IMG/VR virus record: IMGVR_UViG_3300010429_000218
Location: 2,528 to 66,527 of that record
DNA from: a virus
Reading direction: 5' to 3' (one strand)
DNA: 64,000 nt
The notes beneath the pieces are model-generated. The model did not search any database. It saw only the letters and a list, made by a program, of their open reading frames with translations, and was not told where the DNA came from. This document shows, in pieces, positions 46,286 through 55,865 of this stretch. Each line of letters opens with the position of its first letter. The first letter of the stretch is position 1. The translations under genes were made by a program, and so were the position numbers.

Positions 46286-48345
46286 TGCAACTCCGATTCG
46301 ATGCCTTGGTTCAATCCGCTGGCAGCACTATCTGCTCTGGCAGGAAACATCGGCGAGGTATTGCCGCTTTCCGGCACATCAGCCGGATACGGCATATCGA
46401 CCACCGGGAAGTTCGGATCAACGCCGACCGGATTAGGCATTTGATACCCTGCTGCCTGCATCAGCTTGTCAGCAATCGGCGCCACCTGTGGAACGCTTGC
46501 CACCACTTCAGCGGCTTGCATGGCGGAATAGCTTGCCTCTACGCCCTTGGCGACCTTCTCGGCATCGATCTTGGCGGTGCGCGCCTCGATTTCCTTGACC
46601 TGTGCGGCCAGAAGTTCGGGCGGGAACTTGGCAGCAAGTGCCTGTTGCGCCTCTTGCAGTTGCGTTTGCAGCGAAACTAGTTGCGGGTCTTGCGACTTTT
46701 CCTGATTGAAGAAGCGCCCACCATCCTTATGCCCTAAAGCGCCAAAGACTTCCTTGATAACTTCGGTCGGGTCAATGCCGTACTTCTCCAACACCCCATC
46801 AGATAGAGCGTTCTTGACACCGTTGATGCCCGTCAGCAGGTTGTTGATCTTCTGCGTTGGGCTGGTCGCATTCATGCCGACATTGACCGATAGCGTTAGA
46901 TCGGCCATCAGCAATTCATCCGTCACCTGGTCAAATCCGAACTTCTGGAACAACGGCGCCTTGTCAGCCGCCAGCGCAAGAATGGTTTCGTCAGTTTCGT
47001 AATGCTGTTCCAGCTTGACCAGTTGATTCAACACTGGCTCAACCCACGTTTCGATGAATGTCTTGAGGCTATACGACTGAACCTTGTTGGCATCTCCAGC
47101 GAGAATTTCCATCCCGCCAACGGTTTCATTCAGCTTACGATTGGCCTGAACGGATGACTGGCTCATGTTTCCGGTAATCTCGTCAAAGTCCATGTTCAGC
47201 CGGTCCTGCTCGTTGTAGCTCGAACTGGTCACATCCGGCGTATCAATGACCTTCACATCTGCATTGATGTCATTCATCAATGTAACCGCAGACGGTACGT
47301 TACGGGTCAGCGAGCGCAGATCAACCTGGCGATTGCGGGCGACGAAATACCGCTTGTTCATCGCAAACTTGACGTTATCAATGCGCTGATTGGCGATTTC
47401 GTTGATTTCTGCGGCGGTATCCCGAGCAAGGCGTACCGGACCACTCGGCCAGTTCTTATGCGTTTCGATTACACACTTGCCAATGACGAACGGGCGCTTG
47501 CCGTGGGCGTACTGCGTAATCAACGGCTCCGGCTCGGACAGCATGAACTCGGCGCCGAGCGTGTAGTACAGCACATCACTACCAGATTCGTCGTCGGCCA
47601 TGATGTTCATATGCACCCATACAATCGTGAAATCATTGATGGATGTCACTTGATCGGTGCTGCTTGAACGGTTGTCCTCACGAAGCAATCGGGTCGAGTC
47701 GTATTGCTTGGCCGAACTCTTCAGTTGCGAATCACTCAGCGCCAGCCAGTTGCCGGAAACCATCTTCGCCTTTACGTCCTTGACGTACATCGGAATCAGG
47801 CGAATCAGGTAAGGCGACGTGCCAACCGGATCGGTCCAGTCAGCCGCAGGATCGAAGCGTAGGTTTTCAATCGGCAACAGGGTAATTCGCGGCTCGTCAA
47901 TGCGGCGGATCGGGTCATACACCCATTCCTGATGACTGATGACCGTACCCTGCACCATCGCGTCCTGATAGGCGCCAATGGCGATCTGGAACCACGGAAT
48001 CGACTTGGTGAGGCGGTACTGAAGCAACTCCTGCATGATTTCAGCACTGACCTGCTGCGCTTCGTCAGTCTCGCGCTGCGGGGTAATGCTTACCGTGTCA
48101 GAGGTAGAGAAAAACGCCTCGGCAGCAGTTGCTTCATTGGAGCGCACCATCGCTCGCGTCTTCGGGCGATAGAACTTGCTACGCGCCCTGTAGGCGTCTG
48201 AAAGATACTTGGAATCAGGGTTGTGCCGGCTCTGGAACTGGCGAATATCGCGCTCAAGCTGCGGCCTGATATTGGCATTGAAGTAGTCAGTGCTGCCACG
48301 AAACGCGTCTCGCGCCAATTGCAGCGCCTTGGCCTTGTCGATCAT
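46282..48345 (-). CDS. Portal protein
   Basis: 687 aa between terminase and scaffold; NQRIDNVK, NETVGGM motifs, coiled-coil C-terminus. Confidence 0.85.
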   Translation of the reverse strand: MIDKAKALQLARDAFRGSTDYFNANIRPQLERDIRQFQSRHNPDSKYLSDAYRARSKFYRPKTRAMVRSNEATAAEAFFSTSDTVSITPQRETDEAQQVSAEIMQELLQYRLTKSIPWFQIAIGAYQDAMVQGTVISHQEWVYDPIRRIDEPRITLLPIENLRFDPAADWTDPVGTSPYLIRLIPMYVKDVKAKMVSGNWLALSDSQLKSSAKQYDSTRLLREDNRSSSTDQVTSINDFTIVWVHMNIMADDESGSDVLYYTLGAEFMLSEPEPLITQYAHGKRPFVIGKCVIETHKNWPSGPVRLARDTAAEINEIANQRIDNVKFAMNKRYFVARNRQVDLRSLTRNVPSAVTLMNDINADVKVIDTPDVTSSSYNEQDRLNMDFDEITGNMSQSSVQANRKLNETVGGMEILAGDANKVQSYSLKTFIETWVEPVLNQLVKLEQHYETDETILALAADKAPLFQKFGFDQVTDELLMADLTLSVNVGMNATSPTQKINNLLTGINGVKNALSDGVLEKYGIDPTEVIKEVFGALGHKDGGRFFNQEKSQDPQLVSLQTQLQEAQQALAAKFPPELLAAQVKEIEARTAKIDAEKVAKGVEASYSAMQAAEVVASVPQVAPIADKLMQAAGYQMPNPVGVDPNFPVVDMPYPADVPESGNTSPMFPARADSAASGLNQGIESELQ

Positions 48346-48713
48346 TTGCTTACATCCCCAATCACGCGCCCCTTGATGTCAGTCGGCATTGAGGCAATCG
48401 CATCGTCATTGACCCGTCCGCGCATCTGTTTGAATCGCTCTAGGATTTCACCAGCGCCACGCACCGCCCTTGCCAGCAGGTCGGATGCCGAATAAGACTT
48501 GTCCAGCTTGAGCAGATAACCATACTCAGCAGACAGCATGAAGTTATGAATCGTCGCCACGCCCTGCTCGCCACGCACACGCACCGCCCACAAATGGCCT
48601 GGATACTTCTCGTTGAGCTTTTCGCCGATCATCTTCGACATGGAAAAATCAAGCGCGTCGCTGGCGTTGTGTTGTTCGTCGGCGACGATGATGTTTGAAT
48701 CGGCTGTCAGCAT
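48342..48713 (-). CDS. Hypothetical protein
   Basis: LNEKYPGHLWAV...GEILERF..RG, coupled to portal. Confidence 0.7.
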   Translation of the reverse strand: MLTADSNIIVADEQHNASDALDFSMSKMIGEKLNEKYPGHLWAVRVRGEQGVATIHNFMLSAEYGYLLKLDKSYSASDLLARAVRGAGEILERFKQMRGRVNDDAIASMPTDIKGRVIGDVSK

Positions 48714-49201
48714 TCTGGCTCTGTCTCGGTCTGGATCAGGTTGGTTTTTTGGTCATCGGACAAGCACATCCATTCTTCGCGGGCGTAATACTGACGAATG
48801 CACTCCGGTAACTGGTAATACGGGTCAGGCTCATGCCTGTTCATACTCTGAAGTAAATTTTCGACCATTTGAAAACTCGTAAGCCCAATCGTTAGGGCGC
48901 AAAGGCTCGCCCGTGGAAGCCTGGGCAATGGCAACCTCTTCGCTGAACAGGCGCTCGCTGAAGCTGCAATTCGGCGTATTGATCGGGGTGTTTTCGTCAG
49001 CCACGTATCGTCCTCTCGTAAGCCTCAAACATTCGTTGCTGCTTATTGCCTTGGCGCTCTGCTATGACACATGCCTTTTCCATCAACTCGTCAGTCCATT
49101 CAACAACATCAAGGAACGGCGCCCACTCCTTGTCGATTTGCACGTCATAAGCATTGGCTTTGCGCTGGTATCCTTCCCAATGCGTTTCAATTTTCATCAG
49201 G

Positions 49202-50824
49202 TCAGCTACCGTCTGCATATACCTCTGGCTCCAATGTGCGCTGGTCGATGATGATCGGTGGAACTGGATCAATGTCATAAATCCGGCTAACGGCATCAAT
49301 CAAGTCGTCATGCGCACAGAAAGGAAACGTCAAAAACTCTTCAAGGAAATTCTTGTTGAGAGAATAAACGCGCCCCTCTTCATCCTTGCGATGCACTGGC
49401 GTGAAGATACGGAACGCTTGGCCGTCTGCCCTGACCTTCGCCTGATTGGTTGTCTCGCCCTTGGTAATGGCCGGCAGGAAGAATCTTCCGTTGCGGAATG
49501 CCGGCTCCAGTCGTTGCACACGGTCTGTCTTGCTGCCTGGACCTTCACGCGGCCAAGCTAGTTCAACAATGTCGAACACGTCCTTGTCGCGCTGCATTTC
49601 CATGTCGAAGTATTCAAGGTCTGAAGTGCTTCCGTATCTTTCATAGCCGACCTTGACCGCCTGAACGCCGGGCATTGTCATCCAGTATTTGCGCATTGCC
49701 TTGATAGTCGTGTATCGCTCACGCAAGCCCATCTTGTGATGGTAGCCATCGACCAACCAGAAATTACCCGAGGCATCCATCGCTACCGCAGGGATGGCGG
49801 TCTTGTCGCTGCCCTTCTTCTTGGAACTGGCCGGGTCGCACAAGATGTAGATGTTCAGCGTCGCAGGGCGCACATCCTGGAAGCGCAACCAGTCCTTGCT
49901 GAAGATAGCCGCCGTGCCGGCTGCTGGATTCTGTAGCATCTGCGCCGCGAGAACTGCCGTGGTCTGCTTCTTCAGCTTGTCGGCCCATACTTCATCGCTA
50001 AGAAACACAGGCTTTCCATCGCGCAATCCATTATCGGTTGCGGCATAGATACGCGGAATGACAGCGCCCATGTCCATCATGGTCTGATAACTGTCGGCAA
50101 AGGAATATCGCGTGCCGATATGCCAAGACCTTGCGAGTCCGCCGCCTTCTGGCCGGGCACCAAGGTTATCCGATAGTGACCATGCTTCCGTGGTCTTTTG
50201 GACCATTTCCGGACTGGTTACAGACTCCAGCGTAACCACGTCATCATAGACGCGCAGCAGGAAATGGCGCCCGGTCGGCTGACCATCGACCAATCCATGT
50301 CCTTCTACCGTAGATTCCTTCGGATTGCTCTTGCGCTTGACGACAATCCCGGCGTCTTCCGACCATCGGGGAGATTCTTTCTTTGGGTCGGCGTACAGAA
50401 TGTCAGGATAAATCGCCTTCAGATGTTCGTTCGATTCAAGCTCGTACTTGATCTGTCGCAGGAATGCGCGGGCGGTCGGCTTGTTGAACGAGAATATCCC
50501 GATGGTTATCTCGGGATTCTTCAGAACCTCCTGGATGATCCCGCAGAAGGTAATAATTGTTGATTTGTAATGCTCGCGTGCCCACAAATCCAAGTAGCCA
50601 TCAGGGGATTCCTCAACCTCTCTGCACCTTGCGTAAAGCCAATCATCCCAAACGTCACCCCGCTTAAGCAGGGTCGTAAGGAGATAGAACCTGTCATTAC
50701 GACCAAGCCACGCGGCGCCCTTGTCGCCATGAACCGCAATGATGCGAACCCACCAGTCATGCGCCTCTTCTTTGGTCGGTTCAGACCGAATAAACCCGGC
50801 AAGCTCTTCGCTTAGGTCAATCAC
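49202..50824 (-). CDS. terL: Terminase large subunit
   Basis: AREHYKST Walker A, VYDDVV Walker B, CDPASS..D and HDDLIDA nuclease motifs. Confidence 0.93.
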   Translation of the reverse strand: MIDLSEELAGFIRSEPTKEEAHDWWVRIIAVHGDKGAAWLGRNDRFYLLTTLLKRGDVWDDWLYARCREVEESPDGYLDLWAREHYKSTIITFCGIIQEVLKNPEITIGIFSFNKPTARAFLRQIKYELESNEHLKAIYPDILYADPKKESPRWSEDAGIVVKRKSNPKESTVEGHGLVDGQPTGRHFLLRVYDDVVTLESVTSPEMVQKTTEAWSLSDNLGARPEGGGLARSWHIGTRYSFADSYQTMMDMGAVIPRIYAATDNGLRDGKPVFLSDEVWADKLKKQTTAVLAAQMLQNPAAGTAAIFSKDWLRFQDVRPATLNIYILCDPASSKKKGSDKTAIPAVAMDASGNFWLVDGYHHKMGLRERYTTIKAMRKYWMTMPGVQAVKVGYERYGSTSDLEYFDMEMQRDKDVFDIVELAWPREGPGSKTDRVQRLEPAFRNGRFFLPAITKGETTNQAKVRADGQAFRIFTPVHRKDEEGRVYSLNKNFLEEFLTFPFCAHDDLIDAVSRIYDIDPVPPIIIDQRTLEPEVYADGS

Positions 50825-51330
50825 TCTTTCGCTTCTGCTCGCTTCTTGGCAATCTTTGCCTCTAGCGCAGCGATTGATTCCTGGCTAGCAGTCGTCACAG
50901 TGGATTCAACGGTGGCATTAACCGTCTGGTCGATTTCCTGCTTATCGCGCCAAATCGCCTTTTGCCGATTCTTCAGCCAAAAGATTGCCGCGCCGGTATC
51001 CGGAGGATAGTGTTCTTCGTAATCAACGATAAGTGGCGTGCCGCCGTCATTGAAAATCTTTACCGCTTTATGGGTGTATCCGGTAGCTCGTTTGAACAAT
51101 CTGTCAGCCACAAAAGCATCAGCAGCATCCTTTCCTTTGTTTATGGACTCTAAAAAACCTGGTTGCGAAACCTTCCAGACGTTGATTGTTTGCTCACAAA
51201 CACCCCATATTCTTGCAAGGTCTTTGTCAGTCATCCCAAGCAAAGCCATTTGATAGCCCTGTTCGATATACTCTTTCTTGAACAATGACGGGCGACCTGC
51301 TTTTTTCTTTTCAGTGTTATCCGCCATCAT
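50821..51330 (-). CDS. terS: Terminase small subunit
   Basis: GRPSLF..HTH..LFKRATGY..YPPDTGAAIFWLKNRQ..WRDK. Confidence 0.9.
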   Translation of the reverse strand: MMADNTEKKKAGRPSLFKKEYIEQGYQMALLGMTDKDLARIWGVCEQTINVWKVSQPGFLESINKGKDAADAFVADRLFKRATGYTHKAVKIFNDGGTPLIVDYEEHYPPDTGAAIFWLKNRQKAIWRDKQEIDQTVNATVESTVTTASQESIAALEAKIAKKRAEAKE

Positions 51331-51704
51331 TAATCCTCCAATACCCGATGAACAAATCCGATTCCTATTTCTACCTCTTGCGCCCTTGGCATCATCCACT
51401 CGGGATAAATGGCTGTTGGCGCTGAGACGTGCCGGTATATCCAGCACGTCCTAGTCCTGAACTTGTTACTCACCCAATTCCATTCACGTTTTTCCACTTC
51501 TGCCATTTTCAGCAATGCCCTTGCAACTTTTCTCCAAGGGAAGCCCATTTCACACGCTATTTCTCTTGATGTTGCCCAACTTGGTCCGCGTTCGATCATG
51601 TGACAAAGAATGACCGACTGAATGTCTGCGTCTTCTTCCTGTCGGTCATAGTGCGATGGGCGGTCTAAAGTACAGTCGTTGCGGATTATTTTTTGTTGTG
51701 GCAT
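51330..51704 (-). CDS. HTH-containing protein
   Basis: ATSREIACEMGFPWRKVARAL. Confidence 0.55.
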   Translation of the reverse strand: MPQQKIIRNDCTLDRPSHYDRQEEDADIQSVILCHMIERGPSWATSREIACEMGFPWRKVARALLKMAEVEKREWNWVSNKFRTRTCWIYRHVSAPTAIYPEWMMPRAQEVEIGIGFVHRVLED

Positions 51705-51731
51705 CGGATGGTTCTTTCAAAGTCCATCAAG

Positions 51732-52094
51732 TCAAACAGATGTATTCATTTGTTCTATTGGCCCGTATGGACTTGGCCGATACCTGATTTCAGCAACCAA
51801 TCCAATTCGATCAAAATAGGCGTTCAGTTTCTTAATCGAAAACATGGAATTGCTATTTAATCGCGGGAATTTAATCCGAAGATGCTTTGCCTGTTCACGC
51901 TCTTCAATCAGCCTTTTTGCCGCATCAATGTCAGGCGGAGACTGCCCCATAATGTCTGGGCGCAACCGATTGAAATTAAGATGCGGAAGTGGATATGCCC
52001 ACTCTGCAATTGCGCCTGGTATCTGATCGGCACGAACCTTTGTTTCATTCGGCCCAAGCCAGAAAATTACTGTTCGGTTCATTAGCTCGCCCAT
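51732..52094 (-). CDS. Hypothetical protein
   Basis: Co-oriented ORF. Confidence 0.5.
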   Translation of the reverse strand: MGELMNRTVIFWLGPNETKVRADQIPGAIAEWAYPLPHLNFNRLRPDIMGQSPPDIDAAKRLIEEREQAKHLRIKFPRLNSNSMFSIKKLNAYFDRIGLVAEIRYRPSPYGPIEQMNTSV

Positions 52095-52298
52095 TTACTG
52101 AATCGTGATTGCTTCTTCTTCGTTCAGTTCCTCGCCGGCAATCTCGTCCGACTCGGCCAGTGTTTCGACTATCGCCAGCGCAAATGCCAGCGGATAACCT
52201 TCGAGCAGATTCTTTTCGAGTGCTACGGCGCAGACCTCATACATGGCTGCAACTTCGTCGTCATTCAGCAGAAGCTTGGTTAGCTGTTCGATTTGCAT
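52095..52298 (-). CDS. Hypothetical acidic protein
   Basis: AAGGA RBS, co-oriented. Confidence 0.6.
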   Translation of the reverse strand: MQIEQLTKLLLNDDEVAAMYEVCAVALEKNLLEGYPLAFALAIVETLAESDEIAGEELNEEEAITIQ

Positions 52299-52485
52299 TC
52301 GATATTCCTTTGCAGTGAATCATGCTCAAAGACGGGCAGAGCGTGCGATATGCCAACAATCAATAGCCCCATAGATTTCAGGTATTCGCTATCCGTTGTC
52401 CGTTGGCATCCTTCGCACTTGCGGTCGATTGCACGGCGGTCGTATCGGCAGAGTCTGGTTATGTCGTATTGCTGGCAACCGTAGG

Positions 52486-53112
52486 TCATGCAAAATCTCT
52501 GCACTTAATCTTTGTAATGATCCGATGACCATTGCGCGTTTTAAGCTCAGTCTTCGGTCGCGCAACTATTCCCTCAGCCTGAAATTCTCCCCACGTTGAA
52601 ATAATCCCTGTTTTTGCTGCGGAAATTGCATCGTGTAGCGTCCCCTCGCCGATGATCGGAACAACATCAATACCTAGCTTCTGCGCCACATCCTCAACGT
52701 CTGCGCGTTGCAACCACCAATCTCCAACTTTCACATCAAAAAGCACGAAATCTTGGTCAGGTCGATAATTGCCTCCGACCTTCTGAATTTTCGCTCCATA
52801 TCCTTCACCATATAGGCAGGCATCACATCCAAATACTTCCTGCATCTTTGTCGCCAGCGGCAAGAACCGCTCATTCAGTCGCGTAACCAGTTGCGCCGGA
52901 ATCTGCGCCGAGTCAGTCTTGCCGCCAAAAGTCACAACGCCATCATTAAGCATCACGCGAATATTTGTTCCATCCACCTTCTCTGTGAAAACCCACGTAT
53001 TCATTGCTAGAAACTCGAACTCAGGCAAAGTCCATTGACCTTCCAATAGCGTCTTTCCATTTCGTTCCATATCTCGCTTAAACAGCGTTTGAATCTTGTG
53101 ATATTCATTCAT
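52486..53112 (-). CDS. ATP-dependent RNA ligase family protein
   Basis: Nucleotidyltransferase motifs EKVDGTN (I), YGEGYG (III), FVLFDV (IIIa), EGIVARP (IV), ITKIK (V). Confidence 0.85.
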   Translation of the reverse strand: MNEYHKIQTLFKRDMERNGKTLLEGQWTLPEFEFLAMNTWVFTEKVDGTNIRVMLNDGVVTFGGKTDSAQIPAQLVTRLNERFLPLATKMQEVFGCDACLYGEGYGAKIQKVGGNYRPDQDFVLFDVKVGDWWLQRADVEDVAQKLGIDVVPIIGEGTLHDAISAAKTGIISTWGEFQAEGIVARPKTELKTRNGHRIITKIKCRDFA

Positions 53113-53121
53113 TTCAATCTC

Positions 53122-53526
53122 CTATGGTGCGTAATACTTTGAAAACAGCTCTTGCTTGAGCGCGTAGCCCATCAGCGGCCAAATCTTCTGCACGGCATTC
53201 TGGCGGGCTATCTTGCGGCCTAGTTCGGCGTCGAAGTTATCCGGAGATGCGCAGGCGCTCTCACCTGTGACGGTGAAGCCGTTCTTCATGACGATGACAC
53301 AGAATGTCAAAAGACCAAGCGGGCTTCTGTGGTCGTGAATTTCTGCAATGGAAACGCCGTCAATTTCATCATCGTCATCAGAACGCTTCCACGCTTCGCC
53401 AATGGCTCCTTCGCGTGCCGTGAAGTAGTGTTCGCTGGCGATGTTAGCCTCAATGTCTGCATGAGTTACACGCGGAGCCGTAAGACCCTTTGCCTGGATT
53501 TCCTTCTCAATTGTTTCGTCGTTCAT
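53122..53526 (-). CDS. N4 Gp49/Sf6 Gp66 family protein
   Basis: APRVT..DIE..LTFCVIVMKNGFTVTGESACASPDNFDAELGRKIA..KIWPLMGY. Confidence 0.88.
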   Translation of the reverse strand: MNDETIEKEIQAKGLTAPRVTHADIEANIASEHYFTAREGAIGEAWKRSDDDDEIDGVSIAEIHDHRSPLGLLTFCVIVMKNGFTVTGESACASPDNFDAELGRKIARQNAVQKIWPLMGYALKQELFSKYYAP

Positions 53527-53548
53527 TTGCTTCTCCTTTGTTAAAAAA

Positions 53549-53785
53549 TCAAAATCCGGTTGCGTAAAACCTTGCAATCTTTGCGTACCTATCGCGGCAT
53601 GGTGCGCATGTTTCATCAACTAGGCGAATTGACCATTCACCGCAAGATGAACACTCGCCAGCCGTACCTTTCGGAATCTCAGCAGCTTTCCGCATGGCTT
53701 CTTTTACGTGGTCATCAACGACTGATTCGATAAAGTAATCAGCGCGGTCTATTGGATCGTTTGGAATGTCTCGGTCAATTTCCAT
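53549..53785 (-). CDS. TraR/DksA C4 zinc-finger protein
   Basis: DPIDRA...ECSSCGE..RL....CAPCRD. Confidence 0.75.
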   Translation of the reverse strand: MEIDRDIPNDPIDRADYFIESVVDDHVKEAMRKAAEIPKGTAGECSSCGEWSIRLVDETCAPCRDRYAKIARFYATGF

Positions 53786-54176
53786 TGCTGGCCTCGTTTT
53801 GTTTTGCGCGTCCGATTTCGGCAGCGGATCGAACTATGGCGCGACGGGTTGCTGCGCAAGAATCGTCACCATAAACCTCTATAACTTCTGTTTGGTTTGC
53901 TTCACGCATCATGTCAGTACGGCGTCGTTGCTTGGCAATGACTGAGTGACGCTCAGTTTCGTTGTATATTGGATAAGGCAATGTGCTGATACCAAGCTTC
54001 ACAGCCAGCCGCAGCGCATCGCCGTCGTCGGTAAGCGGGTTCCAGTTTCCTGGTATTCCATCGACTACGATGTACCCGCCAAATTTTGCATATTCATAAC
54101 CAGCCGCATTGGCAGCAAGACGCAATAGTTCGCGGTCGGCTTCATCGCCTGGGGAAATGTCGCGGTCAATTTCCAT
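53775..54176 (-). CDS. Hypothetical protein (WNPL family)
   Basis: LLRLAANAAG..WNPLTDDGDALRLAVKLGI..TRRAIVRSAAEIG. Confidence 0.75.
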   Translation of the reverse strand: MEIDRDISPGDEADRELLRLAANAAGYEYAKFGGYIVVDGIPGNWNPLTDDGDALRLAVKLGISTLPYPIYNETERHSVIAKQRRRTDMMREANQTEVIEVYGDDSCAATRRAIVRSAAEIGRAKQNEASNGN

Positions 54177-54180
54177 TTTT

Positions 54181-54402
54181 CTATCCACGCTCATGAGGCG
54201 ACGACGGCAAATGCATCCAATGAGTCGGATTACAGATCCGACCGCCAGCATTCCATCTTCCTTTTCCTCTTTCCGTATATCCATACACTCCGATTTGGCA
54301 AAATGATCCGTTCCAAATCAATAAATATGGACTGTGATTCATGAACCACTTTTCTTTATCAAACGGTTTAACTGGTGCGGTTTCAATCGGTTGCCATTCC
54401 AT
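54181..54402 (-). CDS. DUF551-like protein
   Basis: MEWQPIETAP...PTHWMHLPSSP. Confidence 0.8.
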   Translation of the reverse strand: MEWQPIETAPVKPFDKEKWFMNHSPYLLIWNGSFCQIGVYGYTERGKGRWNAGGRICNPTHWMHLPSSPHERG

Positions 54403-54982
54403 TCTTCATCTCCTTTAGTTTCGCCACGTAATGCGCTTTGATGGCCTTCAGTTCGGCTATCGTGTATTTCTTTGGTGTCTGGTCAGCCTCTAGTGATTCA
54501 ACGGCTTCTAGTCCGATTCTGGCGATTAGTCCGACGCGATAATCAACGGCATTTCCAGACAAATATCGATTCTCGCGCTTGGCCTGGGCGTGGCAGTTGC
54601 GCTCGTCAAAGCGAAGATGAGGTGCACTTCCCCTGCTGCGATAATGACCGGCATCTACGTTGTTACCTGACCAGTCCAACGGCTGACCGCTCGATATGCA
54701 CGGATGGCCTGCCAGTTGATCCCGAAGTCTTATAAATTGGTTGAATGCTGTTTGCGCCTCTCGCATCCATTCACTTTTCGTCTTCAGCTTCAGGCGTAAT
54801 ATCTTCGTGCTGGCTATCTCTGCAATCCGCTCGGCTTTCTCGCGCTTGGCCTTGGAGCGTTCGGCAAAGAAAACACCAAGCGCAACCTTGCACTCGAATG
54901 AGCAAGTGTTTTGACCGCAATATGTTGGTTTGAACATTTGCTTGCAGTGACGGCATTTGCGCGGTTTCTTCGGGATTGCCAT
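54383..54982 (-). CDS. ninG: NinG/Rap recombination endonuclease
   Basis: AFNQFIRLRD..CISSG..DAGHYRSRGSAPHLRFDERNCHAQ..N.YLSGN. Confidence 0.9.
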   Translation of the reverse strand: MAIPKKPRKCRHCKQMFKPTYCGQNTCSFECKVALGVFFAERSKAKREKAERIAEIASTKILRLKLKTKSEWMREAQTAFNQFIRLRDQLAGHPCISSGQPLDWSGNNVDAGHYRSRGSAPHLRFDERNCHAQAKRENRYLSGNAVDYRVGLIARIGLEAVESLEADQTPKKYTIAELKAIKAHYVAKLKEMKNGMATD

Positions 54983-55419
54983 TACGCGGCCTGCCATAAT
55001 GATTTTTGGCCACATAGATGCTCTAACGTATCAATGCGAGGTCTGCTTTTAACATTCCAATTTCCGCCGCCACGCAATCCAATTAGTATCCATCCTGCCC
55101 CCCTAAGACTTGCTCCGCCTTCTTCTGGAAGCGTATAGGTAATGAGTCGTGAATATCCAAGCGCCTTTGCAGCCCTCCATGCAGATGAATAAAGCATGGA
55201 ACACGCATTTCTAGTTCCGTCAGTGCAACAACGATTAACTTCAAGCGTAAATCCATCATCAAGATGACGAGATACAGGACGCCCAACTATTGCAACTCCA
55301 CGAACGGTTTCATCAGAAACCGCAATCGAAAATTTATGGCCTACAACTGGCCTGTGATGCCTGTGATGAGTTGAAACAAATGCGTTTGCCTCAGAAAGTT
55401 CAATTGGCGTAATTTTCAC
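54982..55419 (-). CDS. XF1762-family (Mom-related GNAT-like) protein
   Basis: ANAFV..HHRHH.P..GHKF..GRPVSR..LEVNR.CTDG..NACSMLY..ITYTL..E.GASL. Confidence 0.8.
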   Translation of the reverse strand: MKITPIELSEANAFVSTHHRHHRPVVGHKFSIAVSDETVRGVAIVGRPVSRHLDDGFTLEVNRCCTDGTRNACSMLYSSAWRAAKALGYSRLITYTLPEEGGASLRGAGWILIGLRGGGNWNVKSRPRIDTLEHLCGQKSLWQAA

Positions 55420-55865
55420 GATGCAATCCTTTCAGCACTATCTGGAAACTCAAGCCGAACATTCTTGCGCAAGAAATCAGCCTGCATCGATTCCAGATAC
55501 TTTGATAATTGAACCTTCGTCATCAGCGATGTGACTGGAAGCATCCGCATGGCAATCAGCTTTTTCTCGTAAGTCATTCCCTTGATCGTGGCGTCGTATG
55601 CCTCGCGGAAATATTCGTCTTCAGCGCGAAGAATCGGAACGCCATGATGCAATTTGCAATAGGATTTCCACCCGAGCACGTCGTCTTCGCGTAACTCTCT
55701 GGCCAACTGTTCGTACCAGGCGTGGCTGATTGAATTCTGGTCAATGCTTCTTGCCTTTCCCGTTTTCGTGGTCGCTTTTATGTACCGATGCTGAAGGTAC
55801 ATTTCACGTACTTCGCCGATGAACGATTGGAGAGAGGTGTCGCTATTGATTACGTGCGTAGTCAT
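55416..55865 (-). CDS. NinB-like protein
   Basis: RSIDQN..SHAW...TSLMT..QLS.YLE. Confidence 0.65.
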   Translation of the reverse strand: MTTHVINSDTSLQSFIGEVREMYLQHRYIKATTKTGKARSIDQNSISHAWYEQLARELREDDVLGWKSYCKLHHGVPILRAEDEYFREAYDATIKGMTYEKKLIAMRMLPVTSLMTKVQLSKYLESMQADFLRKNVRLEFPDSAERIAS

